DNA of 24,000 nt from an uncultured Candidatus Saccharibacteria bacterium (GTDB lineage: Bacteria; Patescibacteriota; Saccharimonadia; Saccharimonadales; Saccharimonadaceae), in NCBI GenBank assembly GCA_964586855.1, contig CAZPHO010000001.1, positions 66,076-90,075 on the forward strand. Reading direction: 5' to 3'. Each line of letters starts with the position of its first letter. The first letter of the stretch is position 1. This document shows positions 21,169 to 24,000 of the stretch, piece after piece. The notes below the pieces were generated by a model. It saw only the letters and a list, made by a program, of their open reading frames with translations, made no database searches and was not told where the DNA came from. The position numbers and the translations under genes were made by a program.

Positions 21169-22461
21169 ATGTTCGTTGATTTAGTCAAAATTAATCTCAA
21201 GGCTGGCCGCGGAGGGGATGGGCGAGTTAATTTTCGCAAGGAAAAATATGTTGATCGAGGCGGGCCAGATGGCGGCGATGGCGGCAGGGGTGGCGATATC
21301 GTTTTTGAAGTCAGTGATGATTTGAATAATTTAGTTGACCTGCGCTATCAGCCGATTCTTGAAGCTGAAAACGGCCAAAATGGCGATAAATCAAATCGTC
21401 GAGGCAAGAGCGGTCAGGATTTGGTGGTTAAAGTTCCAATTGGGACGTTGGTCAGCCGTGATGGCGAAATCTTGGCGGATTTGGTTGAAAAAGGTCAGAC
21501 GGCAGTGATTGCTCGGGGTGGTGATGGCGGTTTTGGCAATGCTCATTTCAAATCAGCCACTCGCCGATCGCCAAAATTTGGTGAGCTAGGCGAAAAGGGC
21601 GAGGAGTTTGAGGCTCAAGTTGAACTCAAGATCGTGGCTGATGTTGGCTTGGTTGGTTTGCCAAATGCTGGCAAATCGACTTTTTTGAGCGTGGTCACCA
21701 ACGCTAAGCCCGAAATTGCTGACTATGAATTTACCACGCTAGTTCCGAATTTAGGTGTAGCTGATATTGACAGTGCTAGTTTGTTGCTGGCGGACATTCC
21801 TGGGTTGATTGCTGGAGCTAGTGAGGGCAAAGGACTGGGCTTGGATTTCTTGCGACATATTGAGCGAACGTCGGTGATTCTACATTTGATTGATGTTTAT
21901 AGCGATGACATTGCTCAGGATTACACTACAGTTCGGACTGAACTCGAAAAATACGCGGCTGGTTTAGACCAGCGGCCAGAAATTATTGCTTTGACCAAAA
22001 CTGAAGGCTTTGATCAAGAATTGTTGGATATGCAAATTAATCAACTCAAGCAAGTCACGAAGAGCCCAATTTTTGCAGTCTCGTCGCAAGCAGGAACTAA
22101 TCTTAAGCCAGTTTTGCGTGAATTAGTGAAGGTGGTGGCAGCCGAAAAACAGCGCCGCGCCGAAGAAGCAGTAGAAACTGCCAGTCAAGATGATATGCCA
22201 ACCATCACTCTGTCGGATCAACAGTTGTTTGAGGCTTGGCGAGTTGACAAGCAAAAAGATGGTGTATTTTTGGTTACGGGTGCTAAAATTGAAAAGTTTG
22301 CCGCCCGAACTGATTTTAGCAATTATCAAGCGGTTGAGCGGTTGCGGGATATTATGCGCAAGCTTGAAATTAGTCGAGAGCTAACCCATCAAGGTGCAAC
22401 TAGTGAATCGTTAGTTCAAATTGGCGAAACGGAGCCATTTACTTTTGAGGAGCAAGATTAG
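21169..22461 (+). CDS. obg: GTPase Obg/CgtA
   Basis: It has the Gly-rich Obg fold (KAGRGGDGRVNFRKEKYVDRGGPDGGDGGRGGDI) and G1 GLPNAGKST. It also has DIPGLI, TKTE and a C-terminal OCT-type domain. Confidence 0.97.
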   Translation: MFVDLVKINLKAGRGGDGRVNFRKEKYVDRGGPDGGDGGRGGDIVFEVSDDLNNLVDLRYQPILEAENGQNGDKSNRRGKSGQDLVVKVPIGTLVSRDGEILADLVEKGQTAVIARGGDGGFGNAHFKSATRRSPKFGELGEKGEEFEAQVELKIVADVGLVGLPNAGKSTFLSVVTNAKPEIADYEFTTLVPNLGVADIDSASLLLADIPGLIAGASEGKGLGLDFLRHIERTSVILHLIDVYSDDIAQDYTTVRTELEKYAAGLDQRPEIIALTKTEGFDQELLDMQINQLKQVTKSPIFAVSSQAGTNLKPVLRELVKVVAAEKQRRAEEAVETASQDDMPTITLSDQQLFEAWRVDKQKDGVFLVTGAKIEKFAARTDFSNYQAVERLRDIMRKLEISRELTHQGATSESLVQIGETEPFTFEEQD

Positions 22462-23918
22462 TGAAGCCAACATTTTTCTTTTATGATTTAGAAACTAGTG
22501 GCTTGTCGCCCAAAAACGATCGGATTATGCAATTTGCTGGCCAGCGGACCGATCTGAAGCTTCGACCGATTGCTGAGCCCGAAAACTTTTTAATAAAAAT
22601 GGCGACTGATATCTTGCCTAGCCCAGAGGCGATTATGGTGACTAAAATCACGCCGCTGAAGACTTTAAGTGACGGCTTGACTGAAGATGAGGCCGTCAAG
22701 CATTTGTTAAACAATGTCTTCACGCCTGGCACAATTGCGGTTGGTTTCAATAATATTCGGTTTGACGATGAGTTTTTGCGCTATTTGTTTTGGCGTAACT
22801 ATCAGGATCCATATGCTTGGGCGTCGTTTGATGAGCGTGGGCGGTGGGATTTATTAGACATTATTCGGTTAGTACGAGCGATTCGACAAGAGGGAATTAA
22901 TTGGCCAGTGGATGAAGACGGTCAGCCCGTCAACAAGCTTGAGCTGTTAACCAAAGCCAATAATCTTGAGCACACCAAAGCTCACGACGCTTTGAGTGAT
23001 GTCGAGGGCCTGATCGCTATCGCTCGAATGATTCAGCAAAAACAGCCCAAAATGTGGGATTATTTGTTAAGCATGCGTCAGAAAAAGGCAGTTGAGCAAT
23101 TGGTGAATCTGCAAAATCCGCAGCCGTTTGTTTATGCTAGCGGTCGCTACAGCAAAGATCACAACGCTACGACCGTGGCTTTCCCAATTGCCGTTAGCGA
23201 GCGAGATTTGCTGGTTTATGATTTGCGCTATGATCCGATAGCTTTGTTAAAAAAATCGGCTGAAGAATTGCTAGCGGAGATGACGCCAGATTATGATTTG
23301 CCAGTTGAGGATCGACCACCGACCAGGCTTTACGTCAAAACTCTCCGCACTAACCGCTGTCCAGCGGTGGCGCCACTGGGCGTGGTTAATAGTGATCAGG
23401 TTTGGCAAAATATCGATTTAGACTTAGCGACTGTCAAGCAGAATTTAGCTAAATTGAAACAACATCCAGAGCTGGTTAATAAATTTGAACAGGCGATGGA
23501 ATTGAAGCGAGAGCAGCTAAAAAGCCATCTAGAAGAGCAAGCCAAATCCACTCTCCTGCCTGAGTTGGCGGAAACCAAACTGTATGATGGTTTTGTCAAT
23601 CATCTTGGCGATAAATCGATGATGCAAGAAATTCGCGACGCTTCTCCTGCTCGCTTGGCTACGCTCAATCCTGAATTCAAAGATCAGCGGCTAAATGATC
23701 TCTGGCTTGGTTACAAGGCGAGGTCATTTGAAAAGCAGCTCACCGACAGCGAGCATCAAGCCTGGGACGAACGACGCTTGGCGACTTTGCAGGCAATTGG
23801 GCCTGATTATTTATTCAAAGTCGAGCAAATGCTTCAGTCTGGCGACGAAGACCAACAGTTTTATGGTCAAGAATTGCGACTGTGGCTGGAGAGTATTATG
23901 CCAGCCAGCGATTTTTAG
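22461..23918 (+). CDS. sbcB: Exodeoxyribonuclease I
   Basis: The DEDDh exonuclease motifs are FFFYDLETSG, GFNNIRFDDEF and AHDALSDV. The length and C-terminal region are ExoI-like. Its GTG start overlaps the obg stop by 1 nt. Confidence 0.85.
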   Translation: MKPTFFFYDLETSGLSPKNDRIMQFAGQRTDLKLRPIAEPENFLIKMATDILPSPEAIMVTKITPLKTLSDGLTEDEAVKHLLNNVFTPGTIAVGFNNIRFDDEFLRYLFWRNYQDPYAWASFDERGRWDLLDIIRLVRAIRQEGINWPVDEDGQPVNKLELLTKANNLEHTKAHDALSDVEGLIAIARMIQQKQPKMWDYLLSMRQKKAVEQLVNLQNPQPFVYASGRYSKDHNATTVAFPIAVSERDLLVYDLRYDPIALLKKSAEELLAEMTPDYDLPVEDRPPTRLYVKTLRTNRCPAVAPLGVVNSDQVWQNIDLDLATVKQNLAKLKQHPELVNKFEQAMELKREQLKSHLEEQAKSTLLPELAETKLYDGFVNHLGDKSMMQEIRDASPARLATLNPEFKDQRLNDLWLGYKARSFEKQLTDSEHQAWDERRLATLQAIGPDYLFKVEQMLQSGDEDQQFYGQELRLWLESIMPASDF

Positions 23919-24000
23919 CGGCCAGTTTGTAGCATATGGTGAAGCCATGACGGTCAGCTTGACTGGTTTTAATTTTGGTTATGATCAAACTAACTTAAAG

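Noticed and set aside
23947-24000. Possible start of a further plus-strand gene (ATG 23947, MTVSLTGFNFGYDQTNLK..., open to the window edge).
   Set aside because: Only 18 codons are visible, with no SD and no recognisable motif. That is too little to support a feature call.
1-24000. Search for CRISPR arrays, transposases/IS ends, integrases, toxin-antitoxin pairs or known defence-system genes.
   Set aside because: I found none. The only repeat structure is the 413-3018 cassette triplication, whose units are ~0.8-0.9 kb coding cassettes rather than short spaced repeats or IS elements.

Overview
This 24-kb chromosomal segment is mostly plus-strand. It looks like a small-genome, Gram-positive-type bacterium. 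My best guess is Patescibacteria/CPR, Saccharibacteria-like. That guess is inference only, from phosphoketolase plus acetate kinase, a minimal 634-aa AlaRS, a type IV pilin with an FTIVELIIVIVVI N-terminus, and many leaderless-type promoters. TGA, TAA and TAG all end conserved proteins, so the standard code 11 applies. Housekeeping content is: a partial FdrA-like gene, tdk, CIRCE-hrcA-small ORF-grpE, tRNA-Lys(UUU), xfp, ackA, alaS, an ftsA-like gene coupled to a 525-aa membrane protein plus ruvX and mltG, a LysM/CHAP hydrolase, obg and sbcB. I saw no CRISPR array, transposase, integrase or rRNA. The standout is 413-5157, an AT-rich, head-to-tail triplicated cassette. Each unit has its own promoter-like element, a small N-terminally anchored protein and the 5' module of an SGNH/GDSL lipase (signal peptide plus catalytic blocks I-II). 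Only the third unit continues into a complete 823-aa lipase-vWA-PKD-TSP3 surface protein with a C-terminal membrane anchor. I propose, as a hypothesis, a surface lipase/adhesin paired with a diversifying cognate partner (immunity/inhibitor or Lif-like foldase), with orphan cassettes upstream. Other items worth a second look:
- a surface-protein gene split by a single in-frame TAA next to tRNA-Lys
- a pilin whose prepilin leader has no canonical start codon
- a near-consensus promoter driving about 280 nt of structured non-coding RNA upstream of the LysM/CHAP hydrolase
- TATAAT boxes 6-8 nt upstream of several start codons
- an orphan 160-nt region between two terminators
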